A stretch of DNA of 64,000 nt from Malacoraja senta (taxonomy: Eukaryota), in the NCBI GenBank assembly GCA_038087875.1, contig JAXLNO010000252.1, positions 186,001-250,000 of the forward strand, given 5' to 3'. Both the position numbers and the translations under genes were made by a program. The stretch's first letter is position 1. Every line of letters starts with the position of its first letter. Positions 50,034-64,000 of the stretch are shown one piece after another. Below the pieces are notes generated by a model. That model had not been told where the DNA came from. It was given only the letters and a program-made list of their open reading frames with translations, and did not search any database.

Positions 50034-53000
50034 GGCAAGGCAACTTTGGCATTCTCAAACCAACTTTTCAATTAGGCAAGGCATTCTCAAATCAACTTTT
50101 CAATTAGGCAAGGCAATTTTTGCATTCTCAAACCAACTTTTCAAATAGAAAAGGCAACTCTTGCATTCTCAAACCAACTTTTCAATCAGGCAAGGCGTTC
50201 TCAAATCAACCTTTCAATTTGGCAAAGCATACTCAAACCAACTTTTCAATTTTGCAAGGCATCTTTAGCATTCGCAAACCAACTTTTCAAGATAGGCAAG
50301 GCAACTTTTGCATTGTCAAACCAACTTTTCAATTAGGCAAGGTAACTTTAGCATTCTTAAACCAACTTTTCAATCTGGCAAGGCATTCTCAAACCAACTT
50401 TTAAATTAGGCAAGGCAACCTTAGCATTCTCAAACCAACTTTTCAATTAGGCAAGGCAACTTTAGCATTCTCAAACAAACTTTTCAATCAGGCAAGGCGT
50501 TCTCAAATCAACCTTTCAATTAGGCAAAGCATACTCAAACCAACTTTTCAATTTTGCAAGGCATCTTTAGCATTCTCAAACCAACTTTTCAATTAGGCAA
50601 GGCAACTTTAGCATTCTCAAACCAACTTTTCAATTAGGCAAGGCAACCTTAGCATTCTCAAACCAACTTTTCAGTTTGGCAAGGCATACTCAAATCATCT
50701 TTTCAATTAGGCAAAGATTTCTCAAACCAACTTTTCAAATAGGCAAGGCATTCTCAAATCAACCTTTCAATTAGGCAAAGCATTCTCAAACGAACGTTTC
50801 AATTAGGCAAGGCAACTTTAGCATTCTCAAACCAACTTTTCAAATAGGCAAGGCAACTTTTGCATTGTCAAACCAACTTTTCAATTAGGCAAGACAACCT
50901 TAGCATTCTCAAACCAACTTTTCAATTAGGGAAGGCAACCTTAGCATTCTGAAACCAACTTTTCAATTAGGCAAGGCAACCATAGCATTCTCAATCCAAC
51001 TTTTCAATTAGGCAAGGCATTCTCAAATCAATTAGGCACGGCAACTTTGACATTCTCAAACCAACTTTTCAATTAGGCAAGGCACCTTTGGCATTATGAA
51101 ACCAACTTTTCAATTAGGCAAGGCAACTTTCGCATTCTCAAATCAACTTTTCAATTAGGCAAGGCAACTTTAGCATTCTCAAACCAACTTTTCAATTAGG
51201 CAAGGCAACTTTGGCATTATGAAACCAACTTTTCAATTAGGCAAGGCAGCTTTAGCATTCTCAAACCAACTTTTCAATTAGGGAAGGCAACCGTAGCATT
51301 CTCAATCCAACTTTTCAGTTAGGCAAGGCATTCTCAAATCAACTTTTCAATTAGGCAAAGCATTCTCAAACCAACTTTTCAATTAGGCAAGGCAACTTTT
51401 GCATTCTCAAACCAACTTTTCAAATAGGCAAGGCATTCTCAAATCAACTTTTCAATTGGGCAAAGCATTATCAAACCAACTTTTCAATTAGGCAAGGCAA
51501 CCTTAACATTCTCAAACCAACTTTTATTTAGGGAAGGCAACCTTAGCATTCTCAAACCAACTTTTCAATTAGGCAAGGCATTCTCAAATCAACTTTTCAA
51601 TCAGGCAAAGCATTCTTAAACCACCTTTTCAATTAGGCAAGGCAAAGTTTGCAATCTCAAACCAACATTTCCAATAGACAAGGGAACGTTTGCCTTCTCA
51701 AACCAACTTTTCAATTAGGCAAGACAACCTTAGCATTCTCAAACCAACTTTTCAATTAGGCAAGGCAACCTTAGCATTCTGAAACCAACTTTTCAATTAG
51801 GCAAGGCAACCATAGCATTCTCAATCCAATTTTCCAATTAGGCAAGGCATTCTCAAATCAACTTTTCAATTAGGAAAAGCATTCTCAAACCAACTTTTCA
51901 ATTAGGCAAGGCAATCTCAAATCAACTTTTCAATTAGGCAAAGCATTCTCAAACCAACTTTTCAATTAGGCAAGGCAACCTTAGCATTCTCAAACCAACT
52001 TTTATTTAGGGAATTCAACCTTAGCATTCTCAAACCAACTTTTCAATAAGGCAAGGCAACTTTTGCATTATCAAACCAACTTTTCAAATAGGGAAGGCAT
52101 TCTCAAATCAACTTTTCAATCAGGCAAAGCATTCTCAAACCACCTTTTCAAATAGACAAGGCAACGTTTGCCTTCTCAAACCAACTTTTCAATTTGGCAA
52201 GGCAACTTTGGCATTCTCAAACCAACTTTTCAATTATGCAAGGCAACTTTAGCATTCTCAAACCCAATTTTCAATTAGGCAAGGCAACTTTGGCATTCTC
52301 AAACCAACTTTTCAATTAGGCAATGCAACTTTGGCATTCTCTAACCAACTTTTCAATTAGGCAAGGCAACTTTAGCATTCTCAAACCAACTTTTCAATTA
52401 GGCAAGGCAAGGCAACTTTAGCATTTTCAAACCAACATATCCAATAAGGCAAGGCAACTTTAGCATTCTCAAACCATCTTTTCAATCAGGCAAGGCATTC
52501 TCAAACCAACTTTTCAATTAGGCAAGGCAACCTTAGCATTCTCAAACCAACTTTTAACTTAGGCAAGGCAACCTTAGCATTCTCAAACCAACTTTTCAAT
52601 TAGGCTAGGCAACCTTAGCATTCTCAAACAAACTTTTCAATTAGGCAAGGCATTCTCAAATCAACTTTTCAATTAGGCAAAGCATTCTTAAACCAACTTT
52701 TCAATTAGGCAAGGCAACTGTTGCATTCTCAAACCAACTTTTCAAATAGGCAAGGCATTATGAAATCAACTTTTCAATCGGGCAAAGCATTCTCAAACCA
52801 ACCTGTCAATTAGGCAAAGCAACTTTTGCATTCTCAAACCAACTTTTCAATTAGGCAAGGCAACTTTAGCATTCTCAAACCAACTTTTCAATTAGGCAAG
52901 GCAACTTCAGCATTCTCAAACCAACTTTTCAATTAGGAAGGCAACTTTTGCATTTTCAAACCAACTTTTCAATTAGGCAAGGCTACTTTAGCATTCTCAA

Positions 53001-56000
53001 AACAACTTTTCAATTAGGCAAGGCAACCTTAGCATTCTCAAACCAACTTTTCAATTAGGCAAGGCATTCTCAAATCAACTTTTCAATTAGGCAAATCATT
53101 CTCAAACCAACTTTTCAATTAGGCAAGGCATTCTCAAACCAACTTTTCAATTAGACAAGGCAACTTTTGCATTCTCAAACCAACTTTTCAAATAGGCAAG
53201 GCATTCTCAAATCAACTTTTCAATCAGGCAACGCATTCTCAAACCAACTTTTCAATTAGGCAAGGTAACCTTAGCATTCTCAAACCAACTTTTCAAACAG
53301 GCAAGGTATTCTCAAATCAACTTTTCAATTAGGCAAATCATTCTCAAACCACCTTTTCAATTAGGCAAGGCAACTTTTGCATTCTCAAACTAACATTTCA
53401 AATAGACAAGGCAACGTTTGCATTCTCAAACCAACTTTTCAATTAGGCAAGGCAACTTTCGCATTCTCAAACCAACTTTTCAATTAGGCAAGGCATTCTC
53501 AAATTAACCTTTCAATTAGGCAAAGCATTCTCAAACGAAATTTTCAATCAGGCAAGGCAACTTTTGAATTCTCAAACCAAATTTTCAATTAGCCAAGGCA
53601 ACTTTGGCATTCTCAAACAAACTTTTCAAATAGGCAAGGCAACCTTTGCATTATCAAACCAACTTTTCAAATAGGCAAGGCATTCTGAAATCAACTTTTC
53701 AATCAGGCAATGCATTCTCAAACCAACTTTTCAATTAGGCAAGGCAACCTTAGCATTCTCAAACCAACTTTTCAATTAGGCAAGGCAACTGTAGCATTCT
53801 CAATCCAACTTTTCAATTAGGCAAAGCATTATCAAATCAACTTTTCAATTAGGCAAAGCATTCTCAAACCAACTTTTCAATTGGGCAAGGCAACTTTTGC
53901 ATTCTCAAACCAACTTTTCAAATAGGCAAGGCATTCTCAAATCAACTTTTCAATCAGGCAAGGCAACTTTTCCATTCTCAAACCAACTTTTCAATTACGC
54001 AAGGCAACTTTAGCATTCTCAAACCAACTTTTCAATAGGCAAGACAACGTTAGCATTCCCAAACCAACTTTTCAATTAGGCAAGGCTACTTTAGCATTCT
54101 GAAACCAACTTTTCAATTAGGCAAGGCAACCGTAGCATTCTCAATCCAACTTTTCAATTAGGCAAAGCATTCTCAAATCAACTTTTCAATTCAGCAAAGT
54201 ATTCTCAAACCAACTTTTCAAATAGGCAAGGCAACTTTTGTATTCTCAAACCAACATTTCAAATAGGCAAAGCAACTTTTGCATTCTCAAACCAACTTTT
54301 CAATTAGGCACGGCAACTTTGGCATTCTCAAACCAACTTTTCAATTAGGCAAGGCAACTTTAGCATTCTTAAACCAACTTTTCAATTAGGCAAGGCAACT
54401 TTGGCATTATGAAACCAACTTTTCAATTAGGCAAGGCAGCTTTAGCATTCTCAAACCAACTTTTCAATTAGGGAAGGCAACCGTAGCATTCTCAATCCAA
54501 TTTTTCAGTTAGGCAAGGCATTCTCAAATCAACTTTTCAATTAGGCAAAGCATTCTCAAACCAACTTTTCAATTAGGCAAGGCATTCTCAAATCAACTTT
54601 TCAATTAGGCAAAGCATTCTCAAACCAACTTTTCAATTAGGCAAGGCAACCTTAACATTCTCAAACCAACTTTTATTTAGGGAAGGCAACCTTAGCATTC
54701 TCAAACCAACTTTTAAATTAGGCAAGGCATTCTCAAATCAACTTTTCAATCAGGCAAAGCATTCTTAAACCACCTTTTCAATTAGGCAAGGCAACGTTTG
54801 CAATCTCAAACCAACATTTCCAATAGACAAGGCAACGTTTGCCTTCTCAAACTAACTTTACAATTAGGCAAGGCAACTTTCGCATTCTCAAATCAACTTT
54901 TCAATTAGGCAAGGCAACTTTAGCATTCTCAAACCAACTTTTCAATTAGGCAAGACAACCTTAGCATTCTCAAACCAACTTTTCAATTAGGCAAGGCAAC
55001 CTTAGCATTCTGAAACCAACTTTTCAATTAGGCAAGGCAACCATAGCATTCTCAATCCAACTTTTCAATTAGGCAAGGCATTCTCAAATCAACTTTTCAA
55101 TTAGGAAAAGCATTCTCAAACCAACTTTTCAATTAGGCAAGGCAATCTCAAATCAACTTTTCAATTAGGCAAAGCATTCTCAAACCAACTTTTCAATTAG
55201 GCAAGGCAACCTTAGCATTCTCAAACCAACTTTTATTTAGGGAAGGCAACCTTAGCATTCTCAAACCAACTTTTCAATAAGGCAAGGCAACTTTTGCATT
55301 CTCAAACCAACTTTTCAAATAGGGAAGGCATTCTCAAATCAACTTTTCAATCAGGCAAAGCATTCTCAAACCACCTTTTCAATTAGGCAAGGCAACATTT
55401 GCATTCTCAAACCAACTTTTCAAATAGACAAGGCAACGTTTGCCTTCTCAAACCAACTTTTCAATTTGGCAAGGCAACTTTGGCATTCTCAAACCAACTT
55501 TTCAATTATGCAAGGCAACTTTAGCATTCTCAAACCCAATTTTCAATTAGGCAAGGCAACTTTGGCATTCTCAAACCAACTTTTCAATTAGGCAATGCAA
55601 CTTTGGCATTCTCAAACCAACTTTTCAATTAGGCAAGGCAACTTTAGCATTCTCAAACCAACTTTTCAATTAGGCAAGGCAAGGCAACTTTAGCATTTTC
55701 AAACCAACATATCCAATAAGGCAAGGCAACTTTAGCATTCTCAAACCAACTTTTCAATCAGGCAAGGCATTCTCAAACCAACTTTTCAATTAGGCAAGGC
55801 AACCTTAGCATTCTCAAACCGACTTTTAAATTAGGCAAGGCAACCTTAGCATTCTCAAACCAACTTTTCAATTAGGCTAGGCAACCTTAGCATTCTCAAA
55901 CGAACTTTTCAATTAGGCAAGGCATTCTCAAATCAACTTTTCAATTAGGCAAAGCATTCTTAAACCAACTTTTCAATTAGGCAAGGGAACTTTTACATTC

Positions 56001-59000
56001 TCAAACCAACTTTTCAAATAGGCAAGGCATTCTGAAATCAACTTTTCAATCGGGCAAAGCATTCTCAAACCAACCTATCAATTAGGCAAGGCAACTTTTG
56101 CATTCTCAAACCAACTTTTCAATTAGGCAAGGCAATTTCAGCATTCTCAAATCAACTTTTCAATTAGGAAGGCAACTTTTGCATTTTCAAACCAACTTTT
56201 CAATTAGGCAAGGCAACTTTAGCATTCTCAAAACAACTTTTCAATTAGGCAAGGCAACCTTAGCATTCTCAAACCAACTTTTCAATTAGGCAAGGCATTC
56301 TCAAATCAACTTTTCAATTAGGCAAATCATTCTCAAACCAACTTTTCAATTAGGCAAGGCATTCTCAAACCAACTTTTCTTTAGGGAAGGCAACCTTAGC
56401 ATTCTCAAACCAACTTTTCAATAAGGCAAGGCAACTTTTGCATTCTCAAACCAACTTTTCAAATAGGGAAGGCATTCTCAAATCAACTTTTCAATCAGGC
56501 AAAGCATTCTCAAACCACCTTTTCAATTAGGCAAGGCAACATTTGCATTCTCAAACCAACTTTTCAAATAGACAAGGCAACGTTTGCCTTCTCAAACCAA
56601 CTTTTCAATTTGGCAAGGCAACTTTGGCATTCTCAAACCAACTTTTCAATTATGCAAGGCAACTTTAGCATTCTCAAACCCAATTTTCAATTAGGCAAGG
56701 CAACTTTGGCATTCTCAAACCAACTTTTCAATTAGGCAATGCAACTTTGGCATTCTCAAACCAACTTTTCAATTAGGCAAGGCAACTTTAGCATTCTCAA
56801 ACCAACTTTTCAATTAGGCAAGGCAAGGCAACTTTAGCATTTTCAAACCAACATATCCAATAAGGCAAGGCAACTTTAGCATTCTCAAACCAACTTTTCA
56901 ATCAGGCAAGGCATTCTCAAACCAACTTTTCAATTAGGCAAGGCAACCTTAGCATTCTCAAACCGACTTTTAAATTAGGCAAGGCAACCTTAGCATTCTC
57001 AAACCAACTTTTCAATTAGGCTAGGCAACCTTAGCATTCTCAAACGAACTTTTCAATTAGGCAAGGCATTCTCAAATCAACTTTTCAATTAGGCAAAGCA
57101 TTCTTAAACCAACTTTTCAATTAGGCAAGGGAACTTTTGCATTCTCAAACCAACTTTTCAAATAGGCAAGGCATTCTGAAATCAACTTTTCAATCGGGCA
57201 AAGCATTCTCAAACCAACCTATCAATTAGGCAAGGCAACTTTTGCATTCTCAAACCAACTTTTCAATTAGGCAAGGCAATTTCAGCATTCTCAAATCAAC
57301 TTTTCAATTAGGAAGGCAACTTTTGCATTTTCAAACCAACTTTTCAATTAGGCAAGGCAACTTTAGCATTCTCAAAACAACTTTTCAATTAGGCAAGGCA
57401 ACCTTAGCATTCTCAAACCAACTTTTCAATTAGGCAAGGCATTCTCAAATCAACTTTTCAATTAGGCAAATCATTCTCAAACCAACTTTTCAATTAGGCA
57501 AGGCATTCTCAAACCAACTTTTCAATTAGACAAGGCAACTTTTGCATTCTCAAACCAACTTTTCAAATAGGCAAGGCATTCTCAAATCAACTTTTGAATC
57601 AGGCAAAGCATTCTCAAACCAACTTTTCAATTAGGCAAGGTAACCTTAGCATTCTCAAACCAACTTTTCAAACAGGCAAGGCATTCTCAAATCAACTTTT
57701 CAATTAGGCAAATCATTCTCAAACCACCTTTTCAATTAGGCAAGGCAACTTTTGCATTCTCAAACTAACTTTTCAAATAGACAAGGCAATGTTTGCATTC
57801 TCAAACCAACTTTTCAATTAGGCAAGGCAACTTTAGCATTCTCAAACCAACTTTTCAATAAGGCAAGGCACTTTCGCATTCTCAAACCAACTTTTTAATT
57901 AGGCAACGCAACATTTGCATTCTCAAACCAACTTTTCAATCAGGCAAGGCAACTTTTGCATTCTCAAAACAACTTTTCAAATAGGCAAGGCAACTTTTGA
58001 ATTCTCAAACCATTACACCTTGAAGAGATAAGACTCCTCCTAGCAGGTAAACCAGATCACTTCCACCTGACGTGGTCTGCATTTATAGAATTATTACAAA
58101 CATAGGGTGCAAAAGTACTTTAAAAAAAAATAAAAAATTGAGGTCGGGTAAGGGGGGATGATAGTTGAAGAGTTGGTATGTCCTATTTACGTGATGCTCA
58201 AAAAAAAAACATTTGTTTCTCTTTTTTTTCTCTTTCTCTTTTCTTTTCTTAGGGCCTATTTCTTAACTCTTTTTCTTTTTGTTTTTAATTTCCCTCTTAT
58301 AGGGTCTTCGTCTTTTTTGTTGTTGCATTTTCTACACTTTTCTACACTTGCACTTTTTCCTTCACTTTCTTCTCTCTTTCAATCTTTTCTTTCTCTAGTG
58401 TAAAAAAATAAATAAAGGGAGTACATTAATTGTAAGATGATATAAATGACGAGTATTAATGTATGTGGTTGTAATGTAATGTACTTCTAATAAATAAAAA
58501 TTAAAAAAAAAAAAGAATTCTCAAACCAACTTTTCAATTAGGCAAGGCAACTTTGGCATTCTCAAACCAACTTTTCAATTAGGCAAGGCAAATTTAGCAT
58601 TTTCAAACCAACTTTTTAATTAGGCAAGGCATCTTTGGCATTCTGAAACCAACTTTTCAATTAGGCAAGGCCACTTTAGCATTCTCAAACCAACTTTTCA
58701 ATTTTGAATGTCAAGGAAACTAGCATTCTCAAACCAACATTTGAATTAGGCGAGGCAACTTTTGCATTTTCAAACCAACTTTACAATTAGGCAAGGCAAC
58801 TTTAGCATTCTCAAACCAACTTTTCAATCAGGCAAGGCATTCTCAAATCAACTTTTCAATTAGGCAAAGCATTCTCAAACCAACTTTTCAATTTTGCTAG
58901 GCAACTTTAGCATTCTCAAACCAACTTTTCAATTAGGCAAGGCAACTTTAGCATTCTCAAACCAAGTTTTCAATTAGGCAAGGCAACCTGAGCATTCTCA

Positions 59001-62000
59001 AACCAATTTATCAATTAGGCAAGGCAACGTTAGCATTCTCAAACCAACTTTTCAATTAGGCAAGGCAACCTTAGCATTCTCAAACCAACTTTTCAATTAG
59101 GCAAGGCATTCTCAAATCAACTTTTCAATTAGGCAAAGCATTCTCAAACCAACTTTTCAATTAGGCAAGGCAACTTTAGCATTCTCAAACCCACTTTTAA
59201 ATTAGGCAAGGCAACTTTTACATTCTCAAACCAACTTTTCAAATAGGCAAGGCAACTTTTGAATTCTCAAACTAACTTTTCAATTAGGCAAGGCAACTTT
59301 GGCATTCCCAAACCAACTTTTCAATTAGGCAAGGGAAATTTAGCATTCTCAAACCAACGTTTCAAATACGAAAGGCAACTTTTCCATTCTCAAACCAACT
59401 TTTCAATTAGGCAAGGCAACTTTGGCATTCTCAAACCAACTTTTCAATTAGACAAGGCAACTTTGAGATTCTCAAATCAACTTTACAATTAGGCAAATCA
59501 TTCTCAAACCAACTTTTCAATTTATCAAGGCATTCTCAAATCAACTTTTCAATTAGGCAAAGCATTCTCAAACCAATTTTTCAATTAGGCAAGGCAACTT
59601 TTGCATTCTCAAACCAACTTTTCAAATAGGCAAGGCATTCTCAAATCAACTTTTCAATCAGGCAAAGCATTCTCAAACCACCTTTTCAATTAGGCCAGGC
59701 AACGTTTGCCTTCTCAAACCAACTTTTCAATTAGGCAAGGCAACTTTTGCATTCTGAAACCAACTTTTCAATTAGGCAAGGCAACTTTAGCATTCTCAAA
59801 CCAACTTATAAATTAGGCAAGGCAACCTTAGCATTCTCAAACCAACTTTTCAATTAGGCAAGGCAACCTTAGCATTCTCAATCCAATTTTTCAATTAGGC
59901 AAGGCATTCTCAAATCAACTTTTCAATTAGGCAAAGCATTCTCAAACCACCTTTTCAATTAGGCAAGGCAACTTTTGCATTATCAAACTAACTTTTCAAA
60001 TAGACAAGGCAACGTTTGTATTCTCAAACCAACTTTTCAATTAGGCAAGGCAACTTTAGCATTCTCAAACCAACTTTTCAATCAGGCAAGGCATTCTCAA
60101 ATTAACCTTTCAATTAGTCAAAGCCTTCTCAAACAAACTTTTCAATCAGGCAAGGCAACTTTTGCATTCTCAAACCAACTTTTCAAATAGGCAAGGCAAC
60201 TTTTGAATTCTCAAACCAACTTTTCAATTAGGCAAGTCAACTTTAGCATTCTCAAACCAACTTTTCAATTAGTCAAGGCAACCTTAGCATTCTCAAACCA
60301 ACTTTTCAATTAGGGAAGGCATTCTCAAATCAACTTTTCAATTAGGCAAAGCATTCTCAAACCAACTTTTCAATTAGGCAAGGCAATTTTAGCATTCTCA
60401 AACCAACTTTTCAATTAGGCAAGGCAACTTTTGCATTCTCAAAACAACTTTTCAAATAGGCAAGGCAACTTTTGCATTCTCAAAACACCTTTTCAATTAG
60501 GTAAGGCAACTTTAGCATTCTCAAACCAAATTTTCAATTAGGCAAGGCAACCTTAGAATTCTCAAACCAACTTTTTAATTAGGCAAAGCATTCTCAAACC
60601 AACTTTTCAATTAAGCACGGCAACTTTGGGATTCTCTAAACAACTTTTCAATTAGGCAAGGCAACTTTAGCATTCACAAACCAACTTTTCAATTAGGCAA
60701 GGCAAATTTGCCATTCTCAAGCAAACTTTTCAATTAGGCAAGGCAACTTTCGCATTCTCAAACCAACTTTTCAATCAGGCAAGGCAACTTTGCCACTCTC
60801 AAACAAACTTTTCAATTAGGCAAGGCAACTTTCGCATTCTCAAACCAACTTTTCAATTAGGCAAGGCAACTTTTGCATTCTCAAACCAACTTTTCAATTA
60901 GGCAAGGCAACTTTAGCATTCTCAAACCAACTTTTCAATCAGGCAAGGCAACTTTAGCATTCTCAAACCAACTTTAAAATCAGGCAAGGCATTCTCAAAT
61001 TAACCTTTCAATTAGGCAAAGCATTCTCAAACGAACATTTCAATCAGGCAAGGCAACTTTTGCATTCTCAAACCAACTTTTCAATTAGGCAAGGCAACCT
61101 TAGCATTCTCAAACCAACTTTTCAATTAGACAAGGCAACCTTAGCATTTTCAAACCATCTTTTCAATTAGGCAAGGCATTCTCAAATCAACTTTTCAATT
61201 AGGCAAAGCATTCACAAACCAACTTTTCAATTAGTCAAGGCAACTTCTGCATTCTCAAACCAACTTTTCAATTGGGCAACTTTATCATTCTCAAACCACC
61301 TTTTCAATTAGGCAAGGCAACCTTAGCATTCTCAAACCAACTTTTCAAATAGACAAGGCAACTTTTGCATTCTCAAAACAACTTTGCAATTAGGCAAGGC
61401 AACCTAAGCATTCTCAAACCAACTTTTCAATTAGGCAAGGCAACCTTAGCATTCTCAAACCAACTTTTCAATTAGGCAAGGCAACCTTAGCATTCTCAAT
61501 CCAATTTTTCAATTAGGCAAGGCATTCTCAAATCAACTTTTCAATTACGCAAAGCATTCTCAAACCACCTTTTCAATTAGGCAAGGAAACTTTTGCATTC
61601 TCAAACTAACTTTTCAAATAGACAAGACAATGTTTGTATTCTCAAACCAACTTTTCAATTAGGCAAGGTAACTTTAGCATTCTCAAACCAACTTTTCAAT
61701 CAGGCAAGGCATTCTCAAATTAACCATTCAATTAGTCAAAGCATTCTCAAACAAACCTTTCAATCACGCAAGGCAACTTTTGCATTCTCAAACCAACTTT
61801 TCAAATAGGCAAGGCAACTTTTGAATTCTCAAACCAACTTTTCAATTAGGCAAGTCAACTTTAGCATTCTCAAACCAACTTTTCAATTAGGCAAGGCAAC
61901 TTTAGCATTCTCAAACCAACTTTTCAATTTGGCAAGGCATCTTTGGCATTCTGAAATCAACTTTTCAATTAGGCAAGGCAACTTTAGCATTCTCAAACCA

Positions 62001-64000
62001 ACTTTTCAATTAGGCAAGGCAAGGCAACTTTAGCATTCTCAAACAAACTTTTCAATGAGGCAAGGCAACTTTAGCATTCTCAAACCAACTTTTCAATCAG
62101 GCAAGGCATTCTCAAACCAACTTTTCAATTAGGCAAAGGCAACCTTAGCATTCTCAAACCAACTTTTCAATTAGGCAAGGCAAACTTAGCATTTTCAAAC
62201 CAACTTTTCAATTAGGCAAGGCATTCTCAAATCAACTTTTCAATTAGGCAAAGCATTCTCAAACCAACTTTTCAATTAGGCATGGCAACTTTTGCATTCT
62301 CAAACCAACTTTTCAAATAGGCATGGCATTCTGAAATCAACTTTTCAATCAGGCAAAGCATTCTCAAACCAACTTTTCAATTAGGCAAAGCATTCTCAAA
62401 CCAACTTTTCAATTAGGCAAGGCAAATTTATCATTCTCAAACCAACTTTTCAATTAGGCAAGGCAACCTTAGCATTCTCTAACCAACTTTTCAATTAGGC
62501 AAGGCAACCTTAGCATTCTCAAACCAACTTTTCAATTAGGCAAGGCAACTTCAGCATTCTCAAACCAACTTTTCAATTAGGCAAGGCAACTTTTGCATTT
62601 TCAAACCAACTTTTCAATTAGGCAAGGCAACTTTATCATTCTCAAACCACCTTTTCAATTAGGCAAGGCAACCTTAGCATTCTCAAACCAACTTTTCAAA
62701 TAGACAAGGCAACTTTTGCATTCTCAAACCAACTTTTCAATTAGGCAAGGCAACCTAAGCATTCTCAAACCAACTTTTCTATTAGGCAAGGCAACCTTAG
62801 CATTCTCAAACCAACTTTTCAATTGGGCAACTTTATCATTCTCAAACCACCTTTTCAATTAGGCAAGGCAACCTTAGCATTCTCAAACCAACTTTTCAAA
62901 TAGACAAGGCAACTTTTGCATTCTCAAAACAACTTTGCAATTAGGCAAGGCAACCTAAGCATTCTCAAACCAACTTTTCAATTAGGCAAGGCAACCTTAG
63001 CATTCTCAAACCAACTTTTCAATTAGGCAAGGCAACCTTAGCATTCTCAATCCAATTTTTCAATTAGGCAAGGCATTCTCAAATCAACTTTTCAATTACG
63101 CAAAGCATTCTCAAACCACCTTTTCAATTAGGCAAGGAAACTTTTGCATTCTCAAACTAACTTTTCAAATAGACAAGACAATGTTTGTATTCTCAAACCG
63201 ACTTTTCAATTAGGCAAGGTAACTTTAGCATTCTCAAACCAACTTTTCAATCAGGCAAGGCATTCTCAAATTAACCATTCAATTAGTCAAAGCATTCTCA
63301 AACAAACCTTTCAATCACGCAAGGCAACTTTTGCATTCTCAAACCAACTTTTCAAATAGGCAAGGCAACTTTTGAATTCTCAAACCAACTTTTCAATTAG
63401 GCAAGTCAACTTTAGCATTCTCAAACCAACTTTTCAATTAGGCAAGGCAACTTTAGCATTCTCAAACCAACTTTTCAATTTGGCAAGGCATCTTTGGCAT
63501 TCTGAAATCAACTTTTCAATTAGGCAAGGCAACTTTAGCATTCTCAAACCAACTTTTCAATTAGGCAAGGCAAGGCAACTTTAGCATTCTCAAACAAACT
63601 TTTCAATGAGGCAAGGCAACTTTAGCATTCTCAAACCAACTTTTCAATCAGGCAAGGCATTCTCAAACCAACTTTTCAATTAGGCAAGGCAACCTTAGCA
63701 TTCTCAAACCAACTTTTCAATTAGGCAAGGCAAACTTAGCATTTTCAAACCAACTTTTCAATTAGGCAAGGCATTCTCAAATCAACTTTTCAATTAGGCA
63801 AAGCATTCTCAAACCAACTTTTCAATTAGGCATGGCAACTTTTGCATTCTCAAACCAACTTTTCAAATAGGCATGGCATTCTGAAATCAACTTTTCAATC
63901 AGGCAAAGCATTCTCAAACCAACTTTTCAATTAGGCAAAGCATTCTCAAACCAACTTTTCAATTAGGCAAGGCAAATTTATCATTCTCAAACCAACTTTT
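50034..64000 (-). repeat. 41/32-bp satellite array, inverted orientation
   Basis: AAGGCAACTTTAGCATTCTCAAACCAACTTTTCAATTAGGC repeats to the window end. Confidence 0.98.
58013..58514 (+). mobile_element. Mirror copy of the L1 insertion with the same TSD
   Basis: TSD GAATTCTCAAACCA at 57999-58012 and 58515-58528; a few substitutions relative to the left copy. Confidence 0.85.

Larger units (their letters stand above)
46906..64000 (-). repeat. Inverted near-copy of about 24960-39942
   Basis: Mirror anchors: 46906=39942, exon 48119-48275=38713-38556, Helitron start 50032=36794, L1 58013-58514=29317-28816. Matching ORF pairs include 38131/48497, 28927/58158, 27879/59259 and 25379/61821. Confidence 0.97.

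Overview
Vertebrate genomic DNA. The repeat families and TRIM exon layout point to a cartilaginous fish (skate/ray-like); this is an inference. From 1-13.2 kb there is a decayed DIRS1-type tyrosine-recombinase retrotransposon nested in the 3' UTR of a Rex1/Babar LINE, followed by the last three exons of a TRIM/PRY-SPRY gene (+), a CR1 LINE, a V-SINE and several short Penelope-type ends carrying hammerhead ribozyme core motifs. From 13.2-36.8 kb there is a 41/32-bp satellite array containing one clean L1 insertion. The 36.8-46.7 kb spacer is repeat-rich and holds two related non-autonomous Helitrons and three spliceable exons of a divergent SOUL/HEBP-family gene (-) that the ORF track does not resolve. 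After a 200-N gap (46706-46905), 46906-64000 is an inverted near-copy of about 24960-39942. It may be a mis-oriented second haplotype rather than a real palindrome. All family assignments come from motif recognition by eye; no searches were run.
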